Source of the DNA: a virus
Lineage: Duplodnaviria > Caudoviricetes
Reading direction: 5' to 3' (one strand)
Length of the DNA stretch: 64,000 nt
IMG/VR virus record: IMGVR_UViG_3300029305_004678
Coordinates: 64,001 to 128,000 of that record
Shown here: positions 49,566 through 60,048 of the stretch, one piece after another
Layout: each line of letters begins with the position of its first letter
Numbering within the stretch: position 1 is the stretch's first letter
Translations under genes and position numbers: made by a program
Notes under the pieces: generated by a model
Seen by the model: the letters and a program-made list of their open reading frames with translations, nothing else
Database searches by the model: none
What the model was told of the DNA's origin: nothing

Positions 49566-52562
49566 TTAAGTGGCCTTGTAGTATTTGAAGCTTAATGCTT
49601 CAAGTATGGCCGCTTCAGAGGTCATAGCTGTATCTGATGTAGTACCATTTGCAGCATGCTCTTCCATTTCTTTATATGACTTCACAATATCTGCAGGAGT
49701 TGTTACCATAGATTGAATAAGGCTCTCAGCTGCAAATTCTGTAAGTACATCATTATTGGATCTCATTGTAGGGGTATTTAATATATATGCAGATGGTTCT
49801 GCATTACCTTTAGCACTAGCGACTATAATTCTACCTTCATCATAGGATGAAACTTTATCCATATAATCGCTATATATAGACGCTTCTCCATCTTCATAAA
49901 TCCACAATCTATCAGCAATCCAAATACTGTCTACTGGAGTGATTGTAGTATTTATAGAAGGAATATCCATTAATCTTACAGTACTATAGTATCTATTGGT
50001 CAAATTTAATCCATTAATCTTATCTGTCAAATACAGAATAGTATGGGTAATAAAATTAATTATCATAGATCCCATTCTATCATGTGTGCTCATATAATCT
50101 TCATAGTTTCTGTAAACCCATGTACTAATATCAAAGTAAATTCTTTCTATAAGATTTACTCGTTCGGTATAGTTCATAGAAATAAAACTCTTACTAAATT
50201 CTTCATATAGCTTAATAAATTCACTGCGTTGGAAGAATCTATTAAGAAGTATGTCATCTATTATTCTTATGGAACCCTCGTCACCTTTATCAGCAAAAGT
50301 ATATATAGTATTGATTCCTAAGAAATGTACTTTATATGACTTATAAAAGTTGATTACTGTTGCTATATAACCCTTAACAGCATCTATACTCATAATAGGA
50401 AGATTGGAGAATAAAGCAGAGAATTCTTTTGTATCTAAATATTCTTCCAATGCATATATAATGCTGTCTATAACAGTAGCAATGTATTGATTTCTAGAAG
50501 TTTCATCAATGAAACTTTCTATTTCTATTACAATAGCGTAAAGAGAAGGATCTTTTGCTGCTAAATATGCAGAATATGTAGCATCTCCTTCCTCATCTCG
50601 ATAAAAATCTCCAGTTTCAGGATTCTTATAGAAATCCATATTAAGCTTTACCGTCATTAATGCATCGTAAAGCTTTTTATAAACATTATATACTTTTTTA
50701 TTGTCAGCTTGCTGCATTCCTTTAATAAGCTCATCTCTTATCTCCATATTGTTTATATAAAGATTCATAAGAGCTTTAAAACTAGGAATAGAAGCTTTTA
50801 TAGTAGTTTCGTCATGATATTGAGTTTTATCCTCACTATCATAAACTCTTGTAGTTTCGACATAGTCATCTATTTGATCGGTAAATTTTGCCAACTGCTC
50901 TTGAGCATGGAGTGTACTACCATGATCAATTATATATCCATCCGGATAATTTGGACTGGGTATTCTCTTTGCTCCAATCTCTTCAGCCAAAACGGAAAGA
51001 TTAGCTTTAAAATTGAAACCGTTTACATACAGTACCTTACTCTGAGTGTCCATGATGGTATCTTTAACACCATTGTATTGATAGGTAAGAACTGTAAGCA
51101 ATGTAAATACGTCAACTAAATCAAATTCTCTACCAGCTTCAATATAAGGTATCTTAAGAGTTATCATTCCCTCAAGATCTATATTATCATAGAGAAGATT
51201 TAGGAAATAAGACTGCTGAGCTGATGCCTTTGCTATATCTGTAATACTATCTATTGAAATATATTTAGTTCTGGCAAGGTTAAACTCCTCTTCAAGGATA
51301 GCTTTCATAACCTCTTCATGGTTTAATCCACCATCCCATGTAGGATCTGATAGTGTAATCTCATCATAATCTAAATAACTTCCAGCATTTCTAATATAGT
51401 CCTCGACATCATCTTCCAAAGGAAGTTTTAAAAATCTAAGAGTATATTCATCTTCAAGAATCTCATTACCATTTTCATCAGTAGATAATACATATTCTCC
51501 TGTAGACAGATCTATATTCCTATCTTTAAGCATATAATACTTAAAGATTTGAATATTATCGAATCCAAATAAGGAGCATATATCTACCATACATTTAGAA
51601 GTGGACTTAAACTTAAGAAGAGTATGCAGATTCTTCACCATAGATATTTGATATTTGAGAGGTATTTCTTCGAAGAAAGGAACACCATTAGATTCAAATA
51701 TATATTGCACAGATCTGATATCGAATATCTCTTTTCTTGTAACAAATTCTTGTACTCTAGATATGATATCCACCATTGTTATAATGACTATTAAAACAGC
51801 AATGAAATTATCATAATAATCTGAGTTATATTTGAATGCCTCAGAGTATACAGTTCTAAGTACATAAATTTTATTATCATCTAATTTATCCCTATACATT
51901 TTATAGATCGCATCCGAATCTATAGTGGGAATAAATATAGGATCAAATCGTCCTGCTTTACGAGACGTATAATAATCAATTCTCTTTCCACCAAGATGAC
52001 GCATATACTCTCTATTTACAGGATCTTCCTTTATCAAATCTTCTAACACACCATTTGTTTCCAATATAGCTGCTTCAGCCTTACTCATTTTATGAATAGG
52101 CTTAGACAGATCTATAGAAACATTAGAAGGTGGAATCCAATCTACAACATAATCCTCTTTACCTATTGCAGGCAAACCATTTAAAGCTCTATAATAGGTA
52201 TTTAATTCTTCATAATTTTCAATATATTCGCTTACCATATATTTTGTAAGCTCTTCTCTTCTTCCTTCTGGAACATTATTGATATTCTTCATCATAGTTT
52301 GGACACTTATTTCATCCACTATGCCTATAGAATTTAATGCTGTTCTAGAAACAGAGGTAAACATATTGAAGGTGGCTACACCATCAATACACGCTAAATA
52401 TAAACCAGAATTTTGTAAAGACTCTAGAGTCTCGCAGTTATCTGCTAATTCCTGCATTTTTAATACAGTACCAGCAGCTAATAATTTAGTATAGTAGACC
52501 ATTTCATCTACATAAGGATTTTCTGTATATATCTTTTTTATATCGAAAGACACTGAATGCAC
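49566..52562 (-). CDS. Large structural protein, baseplate wedge-like
   Basis: 998 aa; KNLHTLLKFKST...ICSLFG and INFYKSYKV resemble baseplate wedge signatures; CACA-N6-TAA upstream. Confidence 0.6.
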   Translation of the reverse strand: MHSVSFDIKKIYTENPYVDEMVYYTKLLAAGTVLKMQELADNCETLESLQNSGLYLACIDGVATFNMFTSVSRTALNSIGIVDEISVQTMMKNINNVPEGRREELTKYMVSEYIENYEELNTYYRALNGLPAIGKEDYVVDWIPPSNVSIDLSKPIHKMSKAEAAILETNGVLEDLIKEDPVNREYMRHLGGKRIDYYTSRKAGRFDPIFIPTIDSDAIYKMYRDKLDDNKIYVLRTVYSEAFKYNSDYYDNFIAVLIVIITMVDIISRVQEFVTRKEIFDIRSVQYIFESNGVPFFEEIPLKYQISMVKNLHTLLKFKSTSKCMVDICSLFGFDNIQIFKYYMLKDRNIDLSTGEYVLSTDENGNEILEDEYTLRFLKLPLEDDVEDYIRNAGSYLDYDEITLSDPTWDGGLNHEEVMKAILEEEFNLARTKYISIDSITDIAKASAQQSYFLNLLYDNIDLEGMITLKIPYIEAGREFDLVDVFTLLTVLTYQYNGVKDTIMDTQSKVLYVNGFNFKANLSVLAEEIGAKRIPSPNYPDGYIIDHGSTLHAQEQLAKFTDQIDDYVETTRVYDSEDKTQYHDETTIKASIPSFKALMNLYINNMEIRDELIKGMQQADNKKVYNVYKKLYDALMTVKLNMDFYKNPETGDFYRDEEGDATYSAYLAAKDPSLYAIVIEIESFIDETSRNQYIATVIDSIIYALEEYLDTKEFSALFSNLPIMSIDAVKGYIATVINFYKSYKVHFLGINTIYTFADKGDEGSIRIIDDILLNRFFQRSEFIKLYEEFSKSFISMNYTERVNLIERIYFDISTWVYRNYEDYMSTHDRMGSMIINFITHTILYLTDKINGLNLTNRYYSTVRLMDIPSINTTITPVDSIWIADRLWIYEDGEASIYSDYMDKVSSYDEGRIIVASAKGNAEPSAYILNTPTMRSNNDVLTEFAAESLIQSMVTTPADIVKSYKEMEEHAANGTTSDTAMTSEAAILEALSFKYYKAT

Positions 52563-52714
52563 CCTCTCTCGAACTTGAATATTTAATGATATGTGAACTC
52601 AATATCCAATTAATCCTAATTAGACAACTATAGATTTATAAATCCTATATCTATAGAACTACGATAGTTTAGGATTTAACATTCTTATAATACCTATTTT
52701 GGAGGAAATAGATT

Positions 52715-53380
52715 ATGCAAGCCCATAGTAATCCTGTTCCAGGGATTGAAACATTCCAGACTAATATGAATCCAATGCTCGGAAGTCCCAATAGTACTTT
52801 TGCAATTGGATTCTATCAGACTAGAGAAAGCTTGATTGATATAGACGTATATAGAGCATTTCTTAAGAACTGTGAAATGCGCTTTAGAAGGTCTGCAACA
52901 TATTCCAATTATAAGGGATTTCTTATAGGAATAGGCATGGACAGATGTCAGGTTCATGGATATATACATGCAGATATGGATGGTGTTGATTTAGAGATGC
53001 ACCATGCAGTACTTACCCTATTTGATATATGTCTACTTATTACTGAACACTTATTAAACACTGTCGGATATGTAACGACATTCGATGTAGTACAATTGCT
53101 TAAAGAAGAGCATAAAGCACATAATATCGCACTTGTTATGCTGTCCAAGACACCACATCAGGTTTATCACGCTAACACAAATCAATTTTTCCTGCATCCA
53201 AAAATGTGTTTCGGTAAATGGCCTGTGTTGATCGAAAAATATAAGAAAGGACTGACTCAAGATGTGGCATTTAAGTTGCTCGCTTATTTGAAAAAAGCGA
53301 TAGAAGTCGAAGAAGCTGACGATGGTGGTTTATTAATATTAAGAGACAAAATTAAAGAATGGAGTGAGTATTGTGCCTAA
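52715..53380 (+). CDS. HNH-like protein
   Basis: RCQVHG...LEMHH...LSKTPHQVYH; late promoter at 52678-52690. Confidence 0.6.
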   Translation: MQAHSNPVPGIETFQTNMNPMLGSPNSTFAIGFYQTRESLIDIDVYRAFLKNCEMRFRRSATYSNYKGFLIGIGMDRCQVHGYIHADMDGVDLEMHHAVLTLFDICLLITEHLLNTVGYVTTFDVVQLLKEEHKAHNIALVMLSKTPHQVYHANTNQFFLHPKMCFGKWPVLIEKYKKGLTQDVAFKLLAYLKKAIEVEEADDGGLLILRDKIKEWSEYCA

Positions 53381-53813
53381 ATATGAATTAATAGTACTTG
53401 CAATTATCGCAGGAGTATTTGTAGCGATCGTAGCATCTTTGGCAATAGCTGTTGTAGTGAGCAACAACAAGTATCGGAAACGTCTTGAAAAGTTGTCATA
53501 TTATCAGATTAACACTACTGCTAAGATAGACCAATCTATACCGGAACTTTTAGAATTAATCATCAATGAAAGCTTCAGGGATTATCAAGTAATGCATCTA
53601 GTTGCTCTTAATGAAGGATTTATTAATAGCGAACGTGAGGCCCAAATTAGGAAAGAATTGGTAAACTTGGTAACAAATAGAATTTCTAATGCCTCTCTAG
53701 ATAAACTGTCCCTATTCTATAATTTAGAAAACATTGCTAATATATTAGCAGATAAGATCTATATTATTGTGATGGATTATGTTGTTAAGCATAATAGTGG
53801 AATTGCACAATAA
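53364..53813 (+). CDS. Single-TM membrane protein
   Basis: N-terminal hydrophobic helix; overlaps the upstream gene. Confidence 0.65.
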   Translation: MSIVPKYELIVLAIIAGVFVAIVASLAIAVVVSNNKYRKRLEKLSYYQINTTAKIDQSIPELLELIINESFRDYQVMHLVALNEGFINSEREAQIRKELVNLVTNRISNASLDKLSLFYNLENIANILADKIYIIVMDYVVKHNSGIAQ

Positions 53814-53852
53814 AAAAAAAAAATAAAGCCCATGGGAATTTACTCCCATGGG

Positions 53853-54662
53853 CTATTTTGATGCAAAATATACAGATGCAAGCATGCTATTTAATTTACG
53901 AAGAATACTCTCATTATGACTAATATCAAGATTGTGATATTTATCGAAATCTGTAGCATTATCTATAAAATATTCCCATCTTGCTGATATACCTGGATTG
54001 AGTTTATATTTTGATTGACTATTCAATTCTCTATAATACTCTATAGATAATCTTCTATTGATATAATTATCATGAAAGTATCCAAGCAAAGATATAGCAT
54101 CTTGAAGGAATTCTATTTGCGCACAATAGAAAAGTGTACATAAGAATTCTAGCATAAAGTTTTTATGAAGAGCTACAGCTTCATCACCAAGACCTTTTAT
54201 ATCCAAAATCTCAGCGTTATCTATTCTATTACAATAATAGTAAAAGTCTAGATGTCCTATATGATAAAATGAAGTATATTTTGCTGCTTCTCTAAAAGCT
54301 ACACGATCAGAGATATTCAATACCTTTACAGGTCTATTTCCAATTATTACTATAGCATCGTTTCTTATAGCTAATATTTCATGATCCTGAATGTTATTAG
54401 ATTCTATAAACACCCTTCTTGCATTAGCAATACCTTGTTTAAGTATCTTAACAACTTCAGGATTAGATCCCTCAAGCTTACCTATATATATCTGCCTCTC
54501 CAGTTTCGGACATTGAGTCAAATACATATAAGTCTCCTGCGAGATCACATTAGCATCTCGAAGTACATTTATATTAGCTTTAGTTATATCGAATTCTCTA
54601 ATAGTACCATCAATCATAAATTGAAGATCGGCGCGATAGTTTGTTCTTTCCCATATCTTACT
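53853..54662 (-). CDS. Family B DNA polymerase-like palm-domain protein (small/split)
   Basis: Motif A-like REFDITKAN, motif C-like ILAIRNDAIVI, LDIKGL. Confidence 0.55.
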   Translation of the reverse strand, partial: SKIWERTNYRADLQFMIDGTIREFDITKANINVLRDANVISQETYMYLTQCPKLERQIYIGKLEGSNPEVVKILKQGIANARRVFIESNNIQDHEILAIRNDAIVIIGNRPVKVLNISDRVAFREAAKYTSFYHIGHLDFYYYCNRIDNAEILDIKGLGDEAVALHKNFMLEFLCTLFYCAQIEFLQDAISLLGYFHDNYINRRLSIEYYRELNSQSKYKLNPGISARWEYFIDNATDFDKYHNLDISHNESILRKLNSMLASVYFASK

Positions 54663-55170
54663 CATAACTATCACCATCTATATTCTGGCCGTTCATCATT
54701 CTCCATCTCATTAGATCTTGATCTAGAGCGAATAAGCCAGGAATACTAAATTCTGGTTCTGATATATACATGATATCTTCTATTTCATTTATAAGATATG
54801 AATTATATCCATATCTCTGCTGAATTAGTTTTATTAGAGATTCTACGAATGCTATGGTATAATCATTATAAAGAATAGCTATATGCACCATAGTATCAGG
54901 CTGCATATAAACTGGTATAATGATTGACATAAATTGAGAGAATGCCATATCATTTGATAAAATGAAATTATGATAAGCTTGATCGAAATCTGTTGTAGCG
55001 CAATCTCCGGTCAAGATATCTTCAGAAATGAATTCGCTCGATGGGACTAATAAATTCAATATAGGCATTTCTGCATAGTAATGAGACAGGTTGTATTTAA
55101 CAACCTGTCTCACGCCTTTGCTCTGCAATATATCGACAGGAAAGTCCCTAATTGGTGTAAATACAATCAT
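54658..55170 (-). CDS. Hypothetical protein, probable paralog of the next gene
   Basis: LLVP...FMSIII...SLIKLIQQRYG. Confidence 0.65.
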   Translation of the reverse strand: MIVFTPIRDFPVDILQSKGVRQVVKYNLSHYYAEMPILNLLVPSSEFISEDILTGDCATTDFDQAYHNFILSNDMAFSQFMSIIIPVYMQPDTMVHIAILYNDYTIAFVESLIKLIQQRYGYNSYLINEIEDIMYISEPEFSIPGLFALDQDLMRWRMMNGQNIDGDSYE

Positions 55171-55823
55171 AAACCAACTAGCGGATCTACTAAGAATTTT
55201 CCACCATTGTTGTAGATCGCGTCTTTGACTATCTCAAAATATTTAGAGTAGTTTTCAAAATCTCTCTTTTCGACAATAGGATTTTCTTCATACGCCATTT
55301 TAGAGATAGCTGAAGGATGAATTGGAAGCGGTGGATGCTTCATCATAAAAGTAGCATAATCGATAATATTTGCATTATAAAGCTTTGCCAAATCAAAAGG
55401 AATCATTTCCTCTAGAATATAAGGCTGAACTTTACCTTGAATTCCCAAGACCAAACCAAAATATCTATACAGATAATCGATAAGCATCTTTGGAAATTGC
55501 ATATTCATCTCGTCCCTACCAAACATAATTCCTATAGGGATCTGATTTAGTGCTGCGGCAATAATAATACTTATGAAAGGATCTGCTTCGGGTGTCTGAA
55601 GGTAGTAATAATAAATGCCTTCAGCATCAGCATAATTCTTATCAAGTTCCATTTGGATAGCTTCATACGGAGGTAATAATGCACCTGCCGTAACTATTGC
55701 CGGATGTGTGGAAAATTTAGGATGAGGTTCTTCTACAACGTAGATAACTTTTCCTCCAGTAAATGTGAAGGATTCGAACTCATCTTCTCCGATTACCCAC
55801 ATATTAATTGGATAATTGGCCAT
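55167..55823 (-). CDS. Hypothetical protein
   Basis: LLPP...FISIII...MLIDYLYRYFG; AAGGAGG RBS. Confidence 0.65.
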   Translation of the reverse strand: MANYPINMWVIGEDEFESFTFTGGKVIYVVEEPHPKFSTHPAIVTAGALLPPYEAIQMELDKNYADAEGIYYYYLQTPEADPFISIIIAAALNQIPIGIMFGRDEMNMQFPKMLIDYLYRYFGLVLGIQGKVQPYILEEMIPFDLAKLYNANIIDYATFMMKHPPLPIHPSAISKMAYEENPIVEKRDFENYSKYFEIVKDAIYNNGGKFLVDPLVGL

Positions 55824-55844
55824 AGAGTTATCCTCCTTTTTAAA

Positions 55845-57338
55845 TTACTTAGAAGCTGGAATATGAACAGTCTTGGGAGACTTACGCTCACGCCGCTTAT
55901 TGGAAGTTGCATCTGCTTTAGCATTAGCTTCCTTAACCCAGTCAGGAATTTTATCTTCAGGAATATCTTTCATAGAAACAAACTTCTTGTTTCTCATTGC
56001 CTGTACTCTTCCACTAGGGTGAGGAATGAATCTAAGATCATCTAATTCTTCCTGAACTGTAGCATCTTCTTCATCAGCTACAAAATCTTCAGATGAAGTG
56101 GATTCATCATCTTTAGATTCTTCGTTTTCCAAATCATGAGGATTTGCACACTCTGATTCATCTTCCTCGGAATCAAAAGCATTCTCATCTTCCATATTAT
56201 CTGTATTTTCGATCTTGGTTTCTACTTCTTCCTCGGAATCAAAAGCATTCTCACCTTCTGTATTATCGGTATTTTCAACCTCGGTTACCGATTCCACTTC
56301 AGAGGTTATTGCAGTTTCATCTTTGGTTGGAATAATGATTTTTCCATTATCGATGATGGTCTCCTCTACGGGAGGAGTAGTTACAATAGAAGTCTCATCA
56401 ATTTGCTCATCAGACTTCTTAGAGATTGCTCCACCTTCCAGAACAGCATGAAGTCTCTGCTCTCCGATAGGCTTCTTAGGCGGTTGCTGTTTTGTGATCG
56501 TATCATCCATAGGAATAGGATCATATACGACCTCGTTGCCTCTAACTAATTGAACTTTCATACTATAGCCTCCTTTAGCTATTATCTTTTTGTTATCGGG
56601 GGTATCATCTCTTAAATCTACTGCTAGATATATTTTTCCGCATCTGTTACAGACAAGATGATTAAAACCACTATTGTAATCAATTTCACCGTTACAGATG
56701 CAGTTAAAATCTTGAAGATATTCATTACAATATAACTTCTTTCCATCCAATTTATACACATATGGATAGTCAAGAAGTACAGGTCCATGGCCTATACGAA
56801 TACCCCAATTCATGAAATATTTAGTTCCAACATCTTCTACTACATACTTACCAAGAAACTTAGTTACAAGTATATCAAAAACGTCAGATGCTATTTCTTT
56901 GAATTCTCCAATATTCTTTATAGGAATAACACGTTCAGCAAATCCTACAGTACCACATGGAGATATACAAAACATTTTAGATACATATGGCTTCAAGAAA
57001 AACTGATTTTGATACTCCATTGGATTGTCTTGCATTCCAACTCTATCTACAGCAATTTTTACCAAGAAACTTGTATCTTCATAGAATGAGTATACTACTC
57101 TATTAGTACCTGCTGCGAAACGTTTAAAGCCTCTAGCTCTCATAATATTATCAATCATCTTGTATTTCTCTCTAATTTTACCAGCGAGTTTTACAGATGT
57201 CGCAATTTTTCTAAGAGCTTCGATATCTTGTGGAGAAAGATAGAATGTCATAGGATATGGTAGACATATTCTTTCGAAATGATCTTCCATTGGAGACATT
57301 CTTTTTGCTTTAAGAATATCTAATACATCTATTGCCAT
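55845..57338 (-). CDS. Protein kinase-like enzyme with Zn ribbon and acidic disordered tail
   Basis: AAGTNRVVY (Gly loop), LVKIA, DN..EY, EDVG...NWG (catalytic loop), VLLDY; CICNG...CNRCG. Confidence 0.7.
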   Translation of the reverse strand: MAIDVLDILKAKRMSPMEDHFERICLPYPMTFYLSPQDIEALRKIATSVKLAGKIREKYKMIDNIMRARGFKRFAAGTNRVVYSFYEDTSFLVKIAVDRVGMQDNPMEYQNQFFLKPYVSKMFCISPCGTVGFAERVIPIKNIGEFKEIASDVFDILVTKFLGKYVVEDVGTKYFMNWGIRIGHGPVLLDYPYVYKLDGKKLYCNEYLQDFNCICNGEIDYNSGFNHLVCNRCGKIYLAVDLRDDTPDNKKIIAKGGYSMKVQLVRGNEVVYDPIPMDDTITKQQPPKKPIGEQRLHAVLEGGAISKKSDEQIDETSIVTTPPVEETIIDNGKIIIPTKDETAITSEVESVTEVENTDNTEGENAFDSEEEVETKIENTDNMEDENAFDSEEDESECANPHDLENEESKDDESTSSEDFVADEEDATVQEELDDLRFIPHPSGRVQAMRNKKFVSMKDIPEDKIPDWVKEANAKADATSNKRRERKSPKTVHIPASK

Positions 57339-57374
57339 AATTACACCTCACTATTTTATAGAAGTACTAGACAT

Positions 57375-58520
57375 CTACTCTTGATCTCGACCAATAGAGT
57401 TTATAAATCTTTGTCGAGCAGCTTCTAGTCTATCTGCTATAAATCCTGGTGGCTTGATATCATAGGTGCCAGTAACAGGATTATAACTAAAGCTAGAAGA
57501 TATAGATGGATCATGCTGCGGGCTTACAGGCATTCCATTAGGCAAAATACCATTTCTAGATGCAAATCTATCTATAGCATTAATCTGAGATTTTGTCTGT
57601 ATGCCATTAGATTCAAGAAGTTTTCTTCTAAACTCCTGAGCATTATAGAGTGCTTTAGCATTAGAACCATATTGTTGCATTCTCAACAAACGAGTCGAAT
57701 AATCTGCATAAATAGGTCCTCCGGCATTATTCATGAAATACATGAAAGATTTATCATCGAATAATCTTTCAGGAGCATTTTGATATATGAGCTCGAATAC
57801 TTTTTCTTTTTGAAATTGCTCTCGACTCATTATATCCGCCATACGCGCAACTGCATCGTTAACTTGAGCATTCTGATGAGGATCGATTACTTTTGTCTTT
57901 TTGACTTCTGTAATTTCTTGATCCCCTCTCATAAGGACAACTTTCATAGGATTATGAGGCCGAACTTCATATAAAGAACTCTGAATTTGCTCTGGTCTAA
58001 TTATATCAAATGTAGCCTCACACTGCTTAGCTTCTTCTTCTGTTCTACCAAGTCCTTTACTTACTATTCTAGACATTGATTTATAAAGAAGCTCATCATT
58101 CTTTAGCTGATCATCATAACTCAGTCCATTAGCAACTGCATTATAATAGACAGCCCTAGACGCATCATCCATATACATAGGATTAGGTCCACCCATTAAA
58201 CCATAGCCCATATATGATCCATAACCCATATAAGGGTTACTATAGTTTTGGAATGCAGATTGGAATCCAGAATTATAGCCTCCAACTAAATTATTTTGTG
58301 GTGCAAATGAAGTTGGATAATATGCTTGTTGCTGGGCTCCTGCTTGCATTACCATATCTTTTGGAGATGGGTATGGAGTGGAAAAGCCGGTACTACTTTG
58401 TACCGGCTGTGTTTGAGTGCTGATTTGTGGTTGATTGCCAAAATATACTGGCATATTTCCTACACCTTGCGGAAGATTATTCATCATCGCCTGCACTGTA
58501 GGGGAATTGATGTTTAGCAT
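57375..58520 (-). CDS. Hypothetical protein with Q/P/G/Y-rich low-complexity N-terminus
   Basis: Start MLNINSP after AGGAGG; TATATTAT motif upstream. Confidence 0.7.
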   Translation of the reverse strand: MLNINSPTVQAMMNNLPQGVGNMPVYFGNQPQISTQTQPVQSSTGFSTPYPSPKDMVMQAGAQQQAYYPTSFAPQNNLVGGYNSGFQSAFQNYSNPYMGYGSYMGYGLMGGPNPMYMDDASRAVYYNAVANGLSYDDQLKNDELLYKSMSRIVSKGLGRTEEEAKQCEATFDIIRPEQIQSSLYEVRPHNPMKVVLMRGDQEITEVKKTKVIDPHQNAQVNDAVARMADIMSREQFQKEKVFELIYQNAPERLFDDKSFMYFMNNAGGPIYADYSTRLLRMQQYGSNAKALYNAQEFRRKLLESNGIQTKSQINAIDRFASRNGILPNGMPVSPQHDPSISSSFSYNPVTGTYDIKPPGFIADRLEAARQRFINSIGRDQE

Positions 58521-58575
58521 GGAATCTCCTCCTGCTTTCATATTTTCATAAGTATAATATACGATTAATTATACT

Positions 58576-59178
58576 TTAAGCATTAAACCTTATATCTATA
58601 ATCCATTGTCTATATTTTTCAATTATCCTCCGTGTATCATAAAGTTTAATCGTCTCGTGCGTTAATGGAGTAGCTGTACCCTCAAGCCTGAATGTATTTT
58701 CTATGAGAAGATCAAATAAACATACAATATCTGATTTAGCATCATTGCCAGCAAATTCGAATAAATTCAATATTTGTTCGAATACCTGAGTTATATGTCT
58801 TGTAGAATTTACAAGAATTTCATCTCTTATTCTAGAAGTAGGATAACTTCTCTTAATTTCACAGATTATAATATACTGAATTTCTTCAGCCAATCCAGAT
58901 GCCCAAACAGAGTTATCGATATGCTTATTTAAAAGAGCATTAATTTGATGAAGATATTGCATAGTAGGATTTTCAGACTTAGACTTTTGATTTTGTTCTA
59001 TATTCAATATATACTTAAAAGGCCTAGATAGTATTCTGAATTGATCTTCAAACTTGGCTTCAGCAGCTTTCTCGCATTGATCATGAATAACAATTTTACC
59101 TTCTGTCTGTATTCCTTTATCACTAGTATCTCCATTTAATGTAGATGTGGTTCCTGTGCAATTATATGGTCTTTTCAT
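58576..59178 (-). CDS. Hypothetical protein
   Basis: ATGA-coupled to the RNase H gene. Confidence 0.65.
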   Translation of the reverse strand: MKRPYNCTGTTSTLNGDTSDKGIQTEGKIVIHDQCEKAAEAKFEDQFRILSRPFKYILNIEQNQKSKSENPTMQYLHQINALLNKHIDNSVWASGLAEEIQYIIICEIKRSYPTSRIRDEILVNSTRHITQVFEQILNLFEFAGNDAKSDIVCLFDLLIENTFRLEGTATPLTHETIKLYDTRRIIEKYRQWIIDIRFNA

Positions 59179-59906
59179 TGATTATATCCTCCTTTAAAAT
59201 CGTGTCTACTCACAATAGACGTTTTATCAATACATCTAATATACTGGTGAAGCATATTAGCTCTAATAGAGAACTCGATCGGATAGTTGAGTTCTAGTTC
59301 AGCATATGGAACTATTTGTCCTGTAGATAGATATACCTTTACAGCTTCTCTAGTCATTTTATCTACCATATCATTGCAAATACAAAAATATGGCATATCT
59401 AAACCAAGAGCTTCTGGAGTACATTTATTAGCTTTTATAAAAGATGATCTTGCCTTATCCATAGATATTTTACCTTCATTTACATGACCGCGTTGATGAT
59501 AGAACTCGATATGTAAATTGTTTTCTACAATGATATTAAAAATATCTATAAATCTCTGTTGATTTGCTACAGGTTGACCACTACTCGATACTAGAGTACC
59601 ATCTGATTTGATATTTGCTATCCAGTTTTTCATCCAATCTCTTAATCCATATAAAGATATTTTTGAATCAGAGAATAATCTAAATATGGCCCCAGGATAA
59701 ATTTGTCTTAATCTTAGTGCTTCCACTATACCTATCCATATTGCCAATATCTCCGCAGAATTATTAGTAGCATTTAGCTGTATAATCATTCTTTTACTGA
59801 TTTCATATACTTGATTCGAATTATCTTGACATGTAATATAGCAACCTCCACATGCTACCTTTTTATCTAAATCAATAGATGCATCACAAAATAGATTAAT
59901 TACCAC
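59175..59906 (-). CDS. rnhA: Ribonuclease HI
   Basis: LFCDAS, TNNSAEILAI, FSDSK, HQRGH, NDMVDKM. Confidence 0.9.
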   Translation of the reverse strand: MVINLFCDASIDLDKKVACGGCYITCQDNSNQVYEISKRMIIQLNATNNSAEILAIWIGIVEALRLRQIYPGAIFRLFSDSKISLYGLRDWMKNWIANIKSDGTLVSSSGQPVANQQRFIDIFNIIVENNLHIEFYHQRGHVNEGKISMDKARSSFIKANKCTPEALGLDMPYFCICNDMVDKMTREAVKVYLSTGQIVPYAELELNYPIEFSIRANMLHQYIRCIDKTSIVSRHDFKGGYNQ

Positions 59907-60048
59907 ATTTTCACCTTCTTATAGATAATTTTATTTTGTTGTTTCCAAAGATATAATATCTAACCAATAGGAGTATTACAAAATTGATTGAGGTAGTGGA
60001 TTTCTCCACTACCTCAAGACAGAAAGGAATGAAAATTATGAAAAAGAC

